From: the human T2T-CHM13v2.0 reference genome, Homo sapiens
Direction: 5' to 3' (one strand)
NCBI RefSeq assembly: GCF_009914755.1
Contig: NC_060935.1
Length of the DNA: 64,000 nt
How positions within the stretch are numbered: position 1 is the stretch's first letter; every line of letters starts with the position of its first letter. Both the position numbers and the translations under genes were made by a program. A model generated the notes under the pieces. It worked only from the letters and a program-made list of their open reading frames with translations, was not told the origin of the DNA and did not search any database. Of the stretch, positions 12,521-26,034 are shown piece after piece.

Positions 12521-14113
12521 AGGACCAGAAGTGGTTTTCTCTTCCATGCATGGCCAATCCCGCCACTTCTGCTCTAGTATTTTGCACACATAGGGGCCCA
12601 GGCGGAGATGCACAAGTGCCATGCCCAAATGCACATGATTTCTTTTTTCATTTAAAAATAAAAATAGTCTTGATGTAAAGTTAGAAATGGGAGGATGATT
12701 TGCATGAGACCCTGAGCTCTCAATTACACCAATTACTTTATAATTACAGGCAATGCCATCTTGGGTTTCTTCAAAACCTACAGCTATTCTTAAAGGATCT
12801 GTCAGGAAGAAGGCTTCTTCTCAGGGAGAGATTCCAATTAGTATGCATGTTGTATGCAGAGTGAGAGAAAACCCGCTGGAGCTCTGAGGAGAAAAGAGAC
12901 AGGAGCTTTAAATGTCTGCAGCTCAGCAAATGTGTCTGTCAGTCCAATAGGAAACCAGGACCTCTGAAACATCCCCCAGGTCTTGGCTCTGGGGGAGTGT
13001 CATGTCAAGGCAAACTCTGTCTGAACCCTGCTGTCCCTGCTTCCCCCTCCCGCCTGTCTGTTGCCCCCACAGCCACCTCTTGGGGTGGGTGGAGAACAGC
13101 TTAGCCTGCTGAGCCTGGGTTCTCATAGCGCCCTTACAAGCTGCTGGGGAGAAACGATTGAACAGGCCTACCTCAGATCCCCCCGCCACAATCATTGTCT
13201 TATCTTTCACTTGTTCCACATACGCTGAATAGTGAAATGTCACCGTCTTCTCTATCCAAGCGGTATTGGCTCAGAGAACTCTCTTGGAATGGGGGTGGAG
13301 GTGTGCACATAGGCAGTCAGGAAGCCCAGCATGTTTACATCTTGAATTTCCTCCTCTGGGGTCTAGCTGCTCTCCATGCCCTGATTGTTATGCCATCAGG
13401 TCAGTGATCAGTCTTCAGGCATCACTACTTAAAGAACAGTTTACCTCATGAGCCCTTATCTACCTCTGGGTTAGAAAGAGAATCTCAGAAAGAACATCAA
13501 GGCACCTTAGGGATCCCTGAGGCCACCTACTCATTTTGACTTGGCCATTTTGGGCAGGGCCCATTTTAACCCTACTTGTCCGAATGGCAGGTTTGCCATG
13601 TAATCACTGTTCTGCAAAGCATGCATCCCTGACCCTCACTGCTTGGATAAAGAGATGTGTATCCATGTGGCAAGGGTACGTGCTCCGACAGATGGACCTC
13701 ACCTCTCCAACTGCCAGTGCTGGCAGATGACTTGGTCCATCTGAGTCCACCACAACCTTGGCACTCAGTACTAGAACAAGCACCTTGGAAGAGCCTGCCT
13801 ACCTGCTTGTATGTCTGTCTCCTTCTCTAAATGGAACTGCTGTCTTCCTACATTATCAATCTCTAGAATTAATCTTCAGAAGAAGAGAAAACCGGCCCAT
13901 AACTGACCCTCATTTCTTCCCAAGTCAAGGTCACTCTACCACGCTGCATTTCTTTAGCGAGAACACCTCCAGTTACAGTTTACAAAGTCGTGTCCTCTCA
14001 GTCTCCAGGGTGCAGCATCTCTGAGAAGGCAATTTCCACTCTATCCCTCCACAATCTGCTCTCTCCATTTCTACTCTTTAGAAAACTGCTTTACAGGGGG
14101 GCCTGGGAAAACA

Positions 14114-14359
14114 AGTGTGATGACTCATGCCGGTAATCCCAACACTTTGGGAGGCCAATGCAGGAGGATCACTCAAGCCCAGGAGTTTGAGACCATCCTG
14201 GGCAATATAGCAAGATCCCATCTCTACAAAAAGAATTAAAATATTAACTGGGCATGGTGGCACATGCCTGTAGTCCCAGCTACTTGGGAGGCTGAGATAG
14301 GAGGATCACTTGACCCTGGGAGATCAAGGCGGCAGATTGCACCCCTGGGCAGAAGAGTG
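14114..14359 (+). mobile_element. AluJ, diverged; tail replaced by a purine tract
   Basis: GTAATCCCAACACTTTGGGAGG, GGATCACTCAAGCCCAGGAGTTTGAGACC (J-type), A-rich linker, right arm. Confidence 0.93.
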
Positions 14360-15517
14360 GGAAGGGAAAGAGAAAGGGCAGGGGAAGGGAAGTGAGGGGA
14401 AGGGAAGGGAAGGGAAGGGAAGGGAAGGGAAGGGAAGGGAAGGGAAGGGAAGGGGAAGGGGAAGGGAAAGGGAAAGGGGAAAAGGAAAGGGAAGGGGGGA
14501 CAGAAAGGGAACGGGGAAGGGAAAGGGAAAGGAAAAGGGGAGGGAAGAGAAAGGAAAGGGAAGGGAAGTGCAAGGGAAAGGAGAAGGGAAGGGAAAGGGA
14601 AAGGGGAAAGGGAAGGGGAAGGGAAAGACTAGGGAAGGAAAGGGAAGGGAAAGAGAAGAGAAGGGAAGGGAAAGAGAGGAGAAGGGAAGGGAGGGGAAAG
14701 GGAAGGAGAGGGAAAGGAAAGTAGAGGGGAAGGGAAAGTAGAGGGGAAGGAAAGGGAAAGGGAAGGGAAAGGGAAGGGGAAGGGAAGGGAAAGGGAAGGG
14801 AAGAGAAGAAAAAAGGAAGGAGAAGGAAAGGACAAAAAAGGGAAGGGGAAGGGAAAGGGAAGGGGAAGAAGAAGGGAAGATAAAGGAAAGAGAAAGGGAA
14901 AATAAAAGGGAAGTGAAGGAAAAGGGAAAGAGAAGGAAAGGGAAAAAAGGGGGAAGGGAAGGGGAAAGAGAAGGGGAAAGGGAAGGGAAAGGGAAGGGGA
15001 AGGGAATGGAAAGTGGAGGGGAAGGGGAGAGGAAGGGAAAAGGAAGGAAAAAGGAAGGGGAAGGGAAGGGGAAGAGAAGGGAAGGGAAGGGGAGGGAAGG
15101 GAAAGTGGAGGGGAAGGGAAGAGGAAGGGAAGGAAAGGGAAGGGAAGAGAATAGGAAGGGAAGGAAAGGGAAGGGAATGGGAAGTGGAGGGGAAGGGAAA
15201 GGGAAGAAAAAAGGGGAAGGGAAAGAAAGGGGAAGGTAAAGTGAAGGGGAAGGGAATGGGAAGTGGAAGGGAAGGGGAGGAGAAAGGAAGGGGAAGGGAA
15301 AGGGAAAAGAAGGGGAAGTGAATGGAAGGGAAAGGGAAGGGGAACAGAGGAGAAGGGGAAGGAAGGGAAGGGAAAGGGAAAGGGAACAGAAGGGAAGGGG
15401 AAGGGAAGGGAAGGGGAAGGAAAGGAGAGGGGAAGGGGAGGGAAGGGAAGGGGAAGGGAAGGGGAGGGAAAGGGGAAAGGAAGGGAAGGGGAAGGGGAAG
15501 GGAAGGAAAAGGAAAGA
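14360..15517. repeat. GA-rich (AAGGG/GGAAA/AAGGGG)n polypurine tract, ~1.16 kb
   Basis: Almost purely A/G; 11 perfect AAGGG units at 14400-14454. Confidence 0.98.
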
Positions 15518-15894
15518 TAGATTTGGGGAGATTGACATTCTCCATAGGGCTAAACCTTGATCCTGTTATACAGAAAACAAAATTTGAGCTCTGTGTTCTG
15601 CTTTTCTTTCTGTGATTCCACAGCAGGCTCTGCCTCTAGGAAAACAGCAGCTCTCCTCCATCTTCAAGGGGCATGTGCCTGTGTCTCACCTCCCCTACTC
15701 ATGTTCTGTGTCCCTCTCTCTGAGGAACAGCCACGGAATCACTAATTCTGATATGATCACCGATATTTTGCATATGTCAAAAGTGAAACTCATAAAGATC
15801 ACCAATTTTCCCGAGACCACATAACTAATCAGGGCAGTGCACACGTTAGCAAGCATGGAGGCAGAATGGAGGCATGGCAGAGATTCGAGAATCT

Positions 15895-16092
15895 CTCTGC
15901 CTGGGTTCAAATCCTCACTCTGTACAAACAAGCTGTGTGATCTTGGTGAGTTTTTCACCTCTGTGCTTCTGTTTCTGCATCCATAAACAGAGTTAATCAT
16001 AGTGCCTACCTCATAAAGTTGTGACGATTAAATGAGTTAATGTATAAATGGCTAGCACATAGAATACGCTTACAGGATGTTTGCTGTTTTTA
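15895..16092 (+). mobile_element. MIR
   Basis: CTGCCTGGGTTCAAATCC...GCTGTGTGATCTTGG...GTGCCTACCTCATA...ATTAAATGAGTTAAT. Confidence 0.88.
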
Positions 16093-16199
16093 TCCATCTT
16101 TTTCCCTGTTCATATCCAGTCACCTCCAGCAGCCTCATCCCCAGACCCAGACTCTGACACCCACAGGCTCTCCACCTCACCTTCTGATCTTACCTTCCT

Positions 16200-18993
16200 T
16201 CTGCCCCATCTCCTAGCACCCTGCCACTTACCTCTAGAACTCAAGACCGATCATCAGCAAGACTCGCATGTCTTCACTTCTTGCAAGATCCCCATATTAC
16301 CACCCTCTTCTATGCATGCCCCTCCACCTTGTGCCTCTGACTGAAACCGGGCTCTCCCCTGGAAACTGGTTTCCTGGGCAGTCCTCCCTCAAAGGCCACC
16401 TTGGCCCCAGGCCCACCTGGGACTCATGTCCTTGCTCCTCGTGGCTGCTCCCTCTTCCCCATCCCCGCATGAGAGTACTGTGCTTAGTATCTCCAGTTAG
16501 TGACTAAACCACACACTTCCCACCCTTGGCACAAGTTATCCAGGGACCCTTTCACCTTGAAGAGTTCAGCTCCTGACTCTCTTTCTCCTGACACTTTTTT
16601 CCTACTTTGGTGATTTAATATACAAGTCATCATGTTTCAAATGCCATGCCCTGGCTTCCATTCTTCCAAGGGACTTCTCCCTCTTCCTAATTTATCCAGT
16701 CACTCTCAGGGTCATACCTCAATCCTGTCATTGCCAAGAACTGCTGTCTCCCCATAAGCATGACTTCAAACATCCCAGATTCTGAACAACACTTTCTATA
16801 TTTCAAGTCCAGCTCCTCAAGGAGCCAACCACAGTACCAAGCTCCCTGCCCCTCTCCCCTCCCCACCTTCAGTGGAGATTCCACAATCTACCTCTGCCCT
16901 TTGAGTCCCCAACTTCCCCGGCTTGCATTCCCTGCCAATCATTAGGTCGCACCCTTCACCCTCACCCTCAGCATGCCTGCCCTCGCCCTCTGCTGCCACG
17001 GACTTTCCTGCAAGCAGCTAAATCACAATCTGCTTTAGTCTAACCAGCTTGCACGTTCACAAGTGAACATGTTTACAAAAAGAACACACTCATGCTGGTT
17101 ATTTTTAAATTTATAATCAATCAACTCAGGGGTCCCGTGGTGCTGTCCAGCGTTCACACGTAAGCGCTCTTGCACACTTACTTGGCTGCTCTGCTAGACG
17201 GCTAGGACATGCTATCTCATCCTTTATGTGGAATACCTGCCCATGAATCCTCACTCTCAACTGATAACCATCTTTCTATGATTGAGGAAGCTGAAACAAC
17301 ATAAGAAGAATATCCGCAGACTCCCACCACCTTTATCTGCCTTCCATCAATTGGTACATAGAACGCTTCCTTCTCCTCCCTTGCTGTGAGTGACGGTGCT
17401 CCTGTCCAAAGCCTGCTCTTCCTCCTGTCTGCTAGACCCATTCGTCCTCCTCTACTCAAGGACAATGCTCTAGCAATTTTCCTGCCTTTCTCTTGCAATG
17501 TCAATTTTTCTCACCCTACTGGATCTTTCCCATCAACACACACACATACTGCTGTTTTTTTCTATCAAGAAAATTGTCACTCACTTTCTCCTATAGCAAT
17601 CCCCCATTTCTCTCTTTCCTTAGAGCAAAGTTCCTTGAAACCATGTCTATACATATTGTCTTAGATGCATCTCCTCCCATACACTCTTGAAATCTGCTTT
17701 GGCTTTCCCTCCCACATCTTCACCAACACTACCCTAATGAAGGTCACAGATGTCATACACATGGCTAAAGCCAATGTCAATTTTTGGTCCTCATTTTCTT
17801 AGTGATCCACAATATTTTTGAGCATTGATCATGTTTTTCTGCTTAAAGGTTTTCTTAGCATGGTTTATACACTTACACAGCCACCTGGTTTTTCCCATCC
17901 CTTCTCAGTTTCTTCCTGTGGTTCCATCTTGCCTGGCCTTCAAGCACTAGAGGGCCCAGGCTCAGATTTTAGACCACTTCTCTCTCTATTCTGACTCTCT
18001 GTGTTGGGTCATCCAGTCTCTGGCTTTTAACATCATTCTTATGCTAATGACTCCCAGATTTGTATCTCTAGCCCAGGCCTTTGCTCCAAACTCAACTCCT
18101 ATCACCCTGTTGCCAAACATTCCTGAAGGATGGCGAACGCATACCCAAAACCTAATATGCTCAAAGTTGCGCTCTCACTGTACCCCTACCCTGTCCTTCC
18201 CACTTTCTTCCCAACATCTTTAATGCAACTTCATCCTTTCAATTGTGAAGCTAAAAACAGGAGTGTTACCCTTGACATTTCTCTTTTCCACATCCCCACA
18301 CCCAATCCATTAGCAAATGCCGTCATACCTTTAACACACATAGAGACCCTGACCCCTTCTCAACTCCACCACCACCACTGCGCTAGTCCAAGTTCCCAAG
18401 ATCCATCCAAAACTGCTTGTCCTGCTTCCTGCCCTGCTCTTGTCTCTACAGTCTATTCTTAGCATGTCTATCAGAGCAGATTATTTCAGCTCTCTGCTTG
18501 AAATCCTCCGAGTTCCCAACTCAACCAAGCAGCAGTATGAGGCCTTCTCTGACCTACCAGGCCCTCCCCTCTGTGACCTCCCTGCTCTCAGCCTCATTCC
18601 TTCTGCCTCAGTCACACTGGACACCTCCCTGCCCCTGGGCCACTGCAGGTACCCTCTTGCCTTCAAGCCCAGGCACTTGCTGTCTGCAGGGCTTTCCTCC
18701 AATATCACTCAGCCCTCTTAAGCCTTTGCCTACATGTCACCATCGAGTGATGACTTCTCTGGACATCCTAGACAAAACTTCAACTCTCTTCATATTTCCC
18801 TTCTCTGTCTCATCTTTCTCCAAGGCACTGCTCTCCTCCTAGCACTCCCTACATTCATCTCGTCTGTTGCCTGTCTCTTCTAGAATGTGTGCTCCATGAA
18901 AAAGAGGAGGTCTGTTTTGTCTCCTGCTGTATTGCCTGTGCCTAGGGCAGAGCCTGGCACATACTAGGTACACAATAATTTGTGGCTGAATAA
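16200..18993 (+). mobile_element. Long L2 relic (endonuclease, RT and 3' end)
   Basis: Collinear degenerate motifs: LHLVPLTETGLSP (~16322), GDF (~16609), GHT (~16710), (V)PQGS-like (~17952), YAND for YADD (18040-18051), and the L2 tail GCCTGGCACATACTAGGTACACAATAATTTGTGGCTGAAT. Confidence 0.82.
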
Positions 18994-19054
18994 GTAATTT
19001 ATAGCCATTATTATATGTCTGGTATCAATACATCCAGACTAGAGCTCTTGAATT

Positions 19055-19058
<4 letters not shown>

Positions 19059-19098
<40 letters not shown>
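19059..19098. repeat. (AC)20 microsatellite
   Basis: Directly visible. Confidence 0.98.
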
Positions 19099-19100
<2 letters not shown>

Positions 19101-20549
19101 CATTTATTGCCCAGTATTCCTCAATCAATGCTAGAAACATGAGATTCCTCTTCCCCACAGCCCCCACACTCGATCCACCACAGACCTAGCTACTCTGCCT
19201 TCAACACCCTGACTCCAGCTTTCTAATCCATCCCCCATCCTCCCTGCTCTTAGCACTCCTCCAGTGCAAACCACTCTCCAAAGGTTGCAGTTGCTTCCAG
19301 TGCCCTCCTCAGAACCTCCTACAGGCTCCCTGGCTCACTGGGCTCTCCTCCCTTTGGCCTCCATCCATTCCTAGGCATGTTCCTCCAGCATCTGCCGCAG
19401 GGGCCAGTCTGCGCTTTCCCAGCTCTCTACCTGGAAGGCTGTTCCCTCGATTTCATTTTAATCTCCAAACAGCTTCCCTGACCACTCAGTCTACAGCAGC
19501 CCCCACCTACACCCTCCCCTCCACTCTTCCCACCACCACTTCTGTTCCCTAGAGCAATTATCACCCTGCAATTACCTCATTTATGTATGTATATGTTTTC
19601 TTTTCTAGGACCCCACTGAAATTCTGACATCAAAGGCAGGAACTTAGCTGGGAATAAGTAAACAGTAGGCCTCCAAATGCACAGGGAGTGGATGGATGAA
19701 AGCCAGTTTAAAAGGGCTGCAGTCTCCAAAGTCTTCAGCTGTCCCTGTGCCCTGGGAGCAGCTGTACAGAGGCAGGAGGAGGATGAAGCAGGAGCTCCAA
19801 GAACATCTGGCCGTCAAAACTAAGGGGTCTTACTTCCCGCACTTCTCAGCCCATCCTTGGTTTTCTTCTGTAGCAATTTATTTGCCTCTATTTTGTGGGA
19901 GGAAGGAGAGCCTTCTCCAGCAAGAAGCACCGTCCCAGACAATATTATTTGAAAGGGCTTAAGAAGCAAGAAATAACTCATCCCAAAATAACCCTTACTT
20001 GGCTTCCAGCTGCTCTGAACAGCTGGATGCTTTTTCCTAGCCAGATAGCTACTGTCTCTATGCTAATAACATAGGGAGAAACCAAACACAGTGAGATATG
20101 CTAAATGGGGTCGCTGTTGTTCATTCCCTTAGGAGGAGAAATGCCATTAGCATTCTCCATGCAGATTTTCAGCAAAAAAGTTTTAAACCCTGTGCTTAGC
20201 ATCCTTGGGTTGGGCACCATCAAAGAATTATGAAGCAACCGTCCTCGTAGAATTTACAAACTAGCTGTGCTGAGAAAAAATGGCACATATCAAACAATTA
20301 GCAAACAATATGATAGAACATAATTAAGCACTAAGCAGTGTCGTTCAGGTTCAGAGAGGATTGAGGCGAAGAGTAATTGGGAGAGACTTCTTAGAGGAGT
20401 TTCAAGCTCCATTTGGAAGGATCTGGAAAGTTGAAGAAAAGTAAGGCAGTCCAGAGAGGGGAAATATTAAAAGAGTCTTAGAGGCATGAAGGAACCTGGA
20501 CCAATTGTCCTAATTGGAGTTTAAGAAGGGAAAGAGAGGAGGTTGTAGA

Positions 20550-20680
20550 GCTGGGATACCTGGGTGTGAGTCTTTAATTGCCCACTGAGTGAGTGTGAGT
20601 ACAAAAATCACTTAATCTTCTTAAGCTCTTTCCCCCATCTGTCAAATAAAAAAATATGATCTGTAATACCTCCCTTTGCT
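20550..20680 (+). mobile_element. MIR fragment
   Basis: ACCTGGGT...ATCACTTAATCT...TTTCCCCATCTGTCAAAT. Confidence 0.55.
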
Positions 20681-21454
20681 CCTTCCAGAGCCCTGTGGGA
20701 GTCAGAGGATACAGTGGTGTGGAGGGGCCTGACACACAGGATACTGGTGCCCTCCATGCCCCCAGAGGCATGAAGGCGGCTGGTAGGATGCAGCCAGCCT
20801 GAGATTGGAAGCACTTGCCTTGGAAGACCAATGAAGGCTTCTCAGCTTGGATGTAGCAGGAGTATGCTTTGTGGAAACACATTTCCTTTCTCACATTGAA
20901 TACAAGATGGCTGGTAAGCCAAGGCCACATGCTTGCAAGCAACATTGGCTCTTTCTTGACAAGTAAAAGATTTTATAAAGGGTATCATCCCAGGACTGAA
21001 AGGGCATCGGGGGCTCTTTCAGGAAAGCTGTTGTGCCCCAGAGTCACTCTCCCTCAGCTCCATAGATATCTTGCAGCATTGTCTCCAGAAACAAGACTTT
21101 GGCAACTTTCTGTGGTAAGGCTTTGCTCCCTCGTAAATGCCGCCATCTGTATTTAGAGTCTGAGAAACCCATCAGTCCATTTGGCATTTTGCTAGCTGCC
21201 CAGTAGGAAAACAAGACCTTCCAGGAATAAGGCAAGCTGCCATCTGGAGCAGGTGGGGTTAGCAAGGACATAGGTAGACAGAGCAAGCAGGAAGCAATGG
21301 AAACTTGCTGACCACTCCACTTCCCCCGTTTCTGTGTATGCTTTCTGAGCCCCATAAGACTTTGCCCTAATATAGAATGCTATGTGCTGTGTGGCCCCAT
21401 AGCTTGTTTCTTAGTGCCTTCCCTGCTGCATGAGACAGGGTGTGTGACCTCCGT

Positions 21455-21600
21455 GGTGGAGACAGCACTGAATTTGGCAATGAGCAACGCTGACCTCAGG
21501 TCCCAGCACTGCACTTACCAGCCACTTGTCTTGAATCAGCCACTGCACGCCCAATCTTTCAGCCTAACTTCCCTCCTCTATAAAAAGAGAGATTGGTTTC
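21455..21600 (+). mobile_element. MIR fragment
   Basis: GTCCCAGCACTGCACTTACCAGC...CTTCCCTCCTCTATAAAA. Confidence 0.5.
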
Positions 21601-21629
21601 CTTCCATCTACCTTGAGTTTTGCTGACTG

Positions 21630-21765
21630 CCGGAATCACCTGGGATGCTTGTCCGAACACCGATTCTCAAGCCCCCAAACATTTTCCCTGAGTCGGTCTC
21701 AGGGCCAGGCCGGTCATGCGTATTTTAACACACACCTGAAGGAGTCCCAAAGCTAGAGAACCACC
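21630..21765. mobile_element. MER5-like hAT-Charlie DNA transposon fragment
   Basis: GAATCACCTGGGATGCTTG...GATTCTCAAGCCCC...GTATTTTAACA...AGAGAACCAC. Confidence 0.55.
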
Positions 21766-24700
21766 AGGTCTCTGAGACCCCCCGATGGTTTGGTAGAGAG
21801 GCCTATGCTGGATAAAGAAAGTAAAAAGGCTGCTTCTGTTGCAAAGACCCCCTGAGCCCTTTCCTATCCCTTAGCCGGGCAGAATTTGTCAATTCCTCCA
21901 GCACAGGTGTCCATCATTGGCCACATAACTAGCGCTGCCATTGGTTGCACACTCATCTCTCCTGCAGTGCAGGAGCATCTCAAGGCAGTGGACGTGCCTT
22001 ACTCATGGCTCCACCACAGCACCCAGCACAGACCTGGCAAGGGGTAGGCTCACAGCTGAATTTTGAATGCCGATGCCTTTCGTCTCATGGCTTTGTATTC
22101 CTTCTGTTCTTTCCATTTCTTCCTGTGACCAGAACTGGCAAGCCCAAAGTCTGCAATTTCAAACGTGGGCATCTGTCCCAGACCCATGCCACCCTTGTAT
22201 CACCAAGTAGAGCAAGGCCATGAAAGGGTTAGCTGCCTTCTCCCGTCCCCTGTCAACCCTGGCACAGCCTGGACCATCCGTGTGGGTTGGACAGACAGAT
22301 CTGTGGAGTTATGGTGCAGCCCAGCACTCTCAGGCGTGGCCTGGGAAGAAAACTGGCCACTCCCTGGCAGAGAGCTCAGCCCCTGCCTGCAGCCCTGCCT
22401 GTCTTGTCTAGCTCAGCCCGGTGCCTTCCTCCCCAGCCAGTGCCCCTCCTAAGAAAGGAGTGTATTTAAGATTCCCGGCACGGGGTCTAAGAGGCGATTC
22501 CAAGCATCTTGCTGCAGAGTGAACTAATCCTACCAGGTTAATTCTCCCCCTCAGTTTATTCCATCTTATTAGAGCCAGCAGGCACCCCGCAATGCTTCAT
22601 TACCTGTGCCACTTGAAGGCAAGGCTTTCTTTTAATGAGCTGAGCAATGTAGGGAGCCCCCTGCTAAGCACCTCAGATGATGCATTTGTCCTGAAAAGGG
22701 GGAAGCCCTGAAGTCCCAAGCCTGTCCGTGGAGCAGAGCTGTTAAGAAGGGGAATGAAGGGGCTGGAGAGCTGAGGGTGCTTCTGCGCCCAGTGAGGTCA
22801 GAGGGGACACCGGAGGAGGCTGAGTGAGAGGAACCACCCTTCCCCGCTCCCAGCCTGATCTCTCTCGCTTCGCTCTCACTTGACAGCTTATAGGAAGTAC
22901 TTGTCTACGTCAAAGGCCCCAGGGCTGGAAAGATCCCACCCTCTGCCCACTTAATCCAACCTCAATCATCACACCCTGTTTTCCAACAAATAAAGCACCA
23001 TTTCATCCAAAAAGTCTCATTTCCAGGGCTTATACAATTACCCCAGGAAAGAAAGAAATGGAGTTTTGCACCAGGACTGGGGAAAAGAAGCTGCATGAGT
23101 GAGTGCATTTGTAGGCACCTGAGCATGGGGTCTGTGGGCAGGGGAGGAAGGGCCAGCCCTGGACACTGGGCGTCCTCACCCTTGAAGAGCTCAGCCCTCA
23201 CCAGCAGCTGGCTGTCCGTGTGAAAGAGATCTCCCCCAATTAATCAAATCCTCTCCACTTCCATGAGTGAGGGCTCCGGCCAGAAGAGAAAGCGCTGTGG
23301 CAGCCCTCGGAGGATGGCCGGCTTGGTACAGAGGACCCATCAGGAGGGCACAGTGACTTCAGCAGCAGGCTCGGCCTCTATCCCCAGAAGTCCAGCTGCA
23401 GGCTCACTCTCTCCCGCCCCTTGCTCTAGTGCCCTGCTCTGTGTGATCTGCCTCTTACTCCCTGCCATCTTTCCACACTCAGGCTCCCTACCCTTGCTGG
23501 GTGGCATTTAATTTATTACCTTCCATGTGCTCCTTTTCATGAGCTTGTATCTCTGCATATTTCTGCCTTTTGCTACATTTCTTATTGTCTGTTGTCCAAA
23601 GGGAGGAGGAAAGAAAGGGACTGAGGGAGAGGGAATGCATGCTGGGGGGCCGTTGCAGGTGGGGGCTGGTCCAGATGAAAGGGCTTTTGCATGCATTCCA
23701 TGAAGAAAAAACTCAGAGTGAGTGGAAAGAGGAAAGAAAATTGTTCACTGAACACACTGTGGTTTCCAGCATAAAAGGGCAGACAGAACTGCCCTGTGAG
23801 GTTTTACTCATGGGGGAACCACAGATAACTTTCTAGAAGGAAACTAAGTGAAAATATTCCTGGAAAACAAAAGCAAATGGGCTCTAAGCACTGAGCAGGA
23901 AATCAAAAAAATGATGAGACTCTAAGACACATTTACCAACTCTAGTCCCCCATCCTGTCCCCAGTTCCAACCGCACGTCCAACTTCGCCACAGGTTCTTA
24001 AACTTTCTCTCTTCACTCTTTGACTTATCAGAACAGGACCAGTCACGGGCAAGCCATGTAACTGCCCAGTGCCTCAGTTTCTCGTCTTCTAAAAGGGGTA
24101 CTCTGATAGCTTCCCTCACCCGCATCAAGGGAATGGTGAAGGTAGGGTTTAGGTGCAGAAGTACTTTGAACTCTCTGGATGTAGAGCACTACTCCAGCAA
24201 AGAGAGCTGAGTGGGTTTTTACTGCCTTTGAGAGGAGCGAGGTAAGGAGTATGGAAGGTGGTGGTAAAGTAGTTGAAATCGTAGGTTTTGAACTTGCACT
24301 GCTTTCCACAAAAATATCCCTCCACCACCATGCGTGCATGACTGTGTGTGTCATTCCCGATGTCCACCCAAGCCCCAGCTGGTCTGTGCTGCTCACTGCT
24401 CTTACCGCTTCTGACTCTGACATGCTGCTTAAGACATCAGACTCTCAGCCCTCTTCTCTGTTGCCCTCTGAGCCTCCCTCTCCAAGAGGCTGTGGTGAAA
24501 GGGGTGATTAATGAAAAGGCCACACTGGCACTGCATTACTAGATTAAATGCTATAAAGAGCAGCACCTGCGAGATTGAAGAATCCTGCGTCAGCATCTGG
24601 GTCACACGTGGGCCATGGCAGCATTTCGGCTGGGATGAAGAATGGCCCAGGCAGAGGGCAAGGGATGGTTCTCGGAGTCATCAAATCACAGAAGGTTTGA

Positions 24701-24899
24701 GCCAGACGGGGTTCCAAAGGCCACCAGGTCCATTTCTCTAACTCACTCCCATCTTCCCCAAGCATATTGGACTGAGTGGCCACCTGAATTCCTCCAGTGA
24801 CTCCTGTAACACAGGAGCCCTTGCTTCCCCACAGCAGTCTGCTCTAAGGTTGTAATATGCTAGAAAGGTGAGCTCCGGCTTCGGCTGCTGTCTCCACCA

Positions 24900-25210
24900 T
24901 TCACCACTCATTCATTCATTCACTTATTCCGCAAGTAGGTGCAGATGGCCTGCTATGTGCCAGGCATTGGTCTGCAATGGCAGAAATGCTGCAGTGAGTG
25001 AGACAGAGTGGTCCCTGTCCTTGCAGATGATAGAGTCATCTGCAGGCCCACAGACACCGACAGCCCAAGGCTACAATAAGAGAAGTTCAGGGACCTGAGG
25101 GAACACTCAGAGGAGATACTCCCCGAGATTTGGGGGAAGGATTATCGGGGTGCAGGTCAGAAAAGGCTTTTGGGAGAAGCAACATCAAAGCTGAAACCTA
25201 ACCTAAGACC
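24900..25210 (-). mobile_element. L2 3' fragment (source of a local duplicate)
   Basis: CATTCATTCATTCA...CCTGCTATGTGCCAGGCATTG...GTCCCTGTCCT. Confidence 0.75.
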
Positions 25211-25375
25211 TAGCAAGTCAAATGGAGAAATCAGGGGTAGGAATGAGGTGGGCAGGGAACCATGAGGATGCTGACCAGAAGCGGAAGAGGACAGGGACCG
25301 CGGTGGGGAGCAGGGACGTACCCTGGAAGCTTCATGAGCCACTCAGCCCTTACAACAAGCCTGGGTCCTCAGTCC

Positions 25376-25728
25376 CATCTTAGCCCACTCCCACCACTGT
25401 AACAAAATGCCACAAACTGGGTGGCTTACACAACAATAGTGATTTATCTTTCACAGCCGGGAGGCTGGGAAGTCTGGGGTAACGGTGCTGGCCGATTCGG
25501 TGTCTGGTGGGGACCCACTTCCTGGTTCACAGACAGCCCCTTCTGTGTCCTCAGAGGTAGAAGGGGGAGCTCTGGTCTCCTGAGCACCCTGGAAGGGCAC
25601 CCATCCCATTCATCAGGCCACCCTCATATCCTATTCACCTCCCAGAGGCTCTGCTCCCATCACCATCACCTCGAGGGTTAGGTTTCAACACACGAGTTTG
25701 GGAGGACACAGATGTTCAGACCTCAGCA
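25376..25728 (-). mobile_element. MLT1A-like solo LTR
   Basis: TAACAAAATGCCACAAACTGGGTGGCTTA...GGAGGCTGGGAAGTC...GGGTTAGGTTTCAACACACGAGTTTGGG. Confidence 0.88.
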
Positions 25729-25924
25729 GCCCTTTCCTCTTCTGCCTCGAGCCCAGCCTGTCCACAAATTAATGGTCCCCCCACTCCCTCCACTTTGACC
25801 CGGCCCCACCCGCCTCCCAGTCAGCAGTCCCAGCTGCCCCTCAGTTCTGCCTCAACAGCCTCTGGGTGACGCTTACTCTCACCTTCAGATCCCTGCCCAC
25901 CCCCCGGCTCCACACCCCTCAGAA

Positions 25925-26018
25925 GCCCTCCCTAGGGCCGGCCTGGGAGGAGGATTCCCACCAGGCTTTCTCAAGCCCAGCAGAAGTGAGTCAGAAGTCA
26001 TCTCCCTTTGGTCCTGGT
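25925..26018 (+). repeat. Local direct repeat B', copy of 27604-27697
   Basis: Hand alignment: 94 bp, 7 mismatches. Confidence 0.95.
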
Positions 26019-26034
26019 CTTTCCACCTGGGGTC

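Noticed and set aside
14280-15545. 421-aa and 404-aa F/P/S/L ORFs and the opposite-strand G/K/R/E ORFs as genes
   Set aside because: Pyrimidine-only or purine-only repeats cannot form stop codons, so long ORFs are expected; no domain content
15876-15901. Small imperfect palindrome GGCAGAGATTC-GA-GAATCTCTCTGCC
   Set aside because: Short and bulged, at a MIR edge; expected by chance in 64 kb
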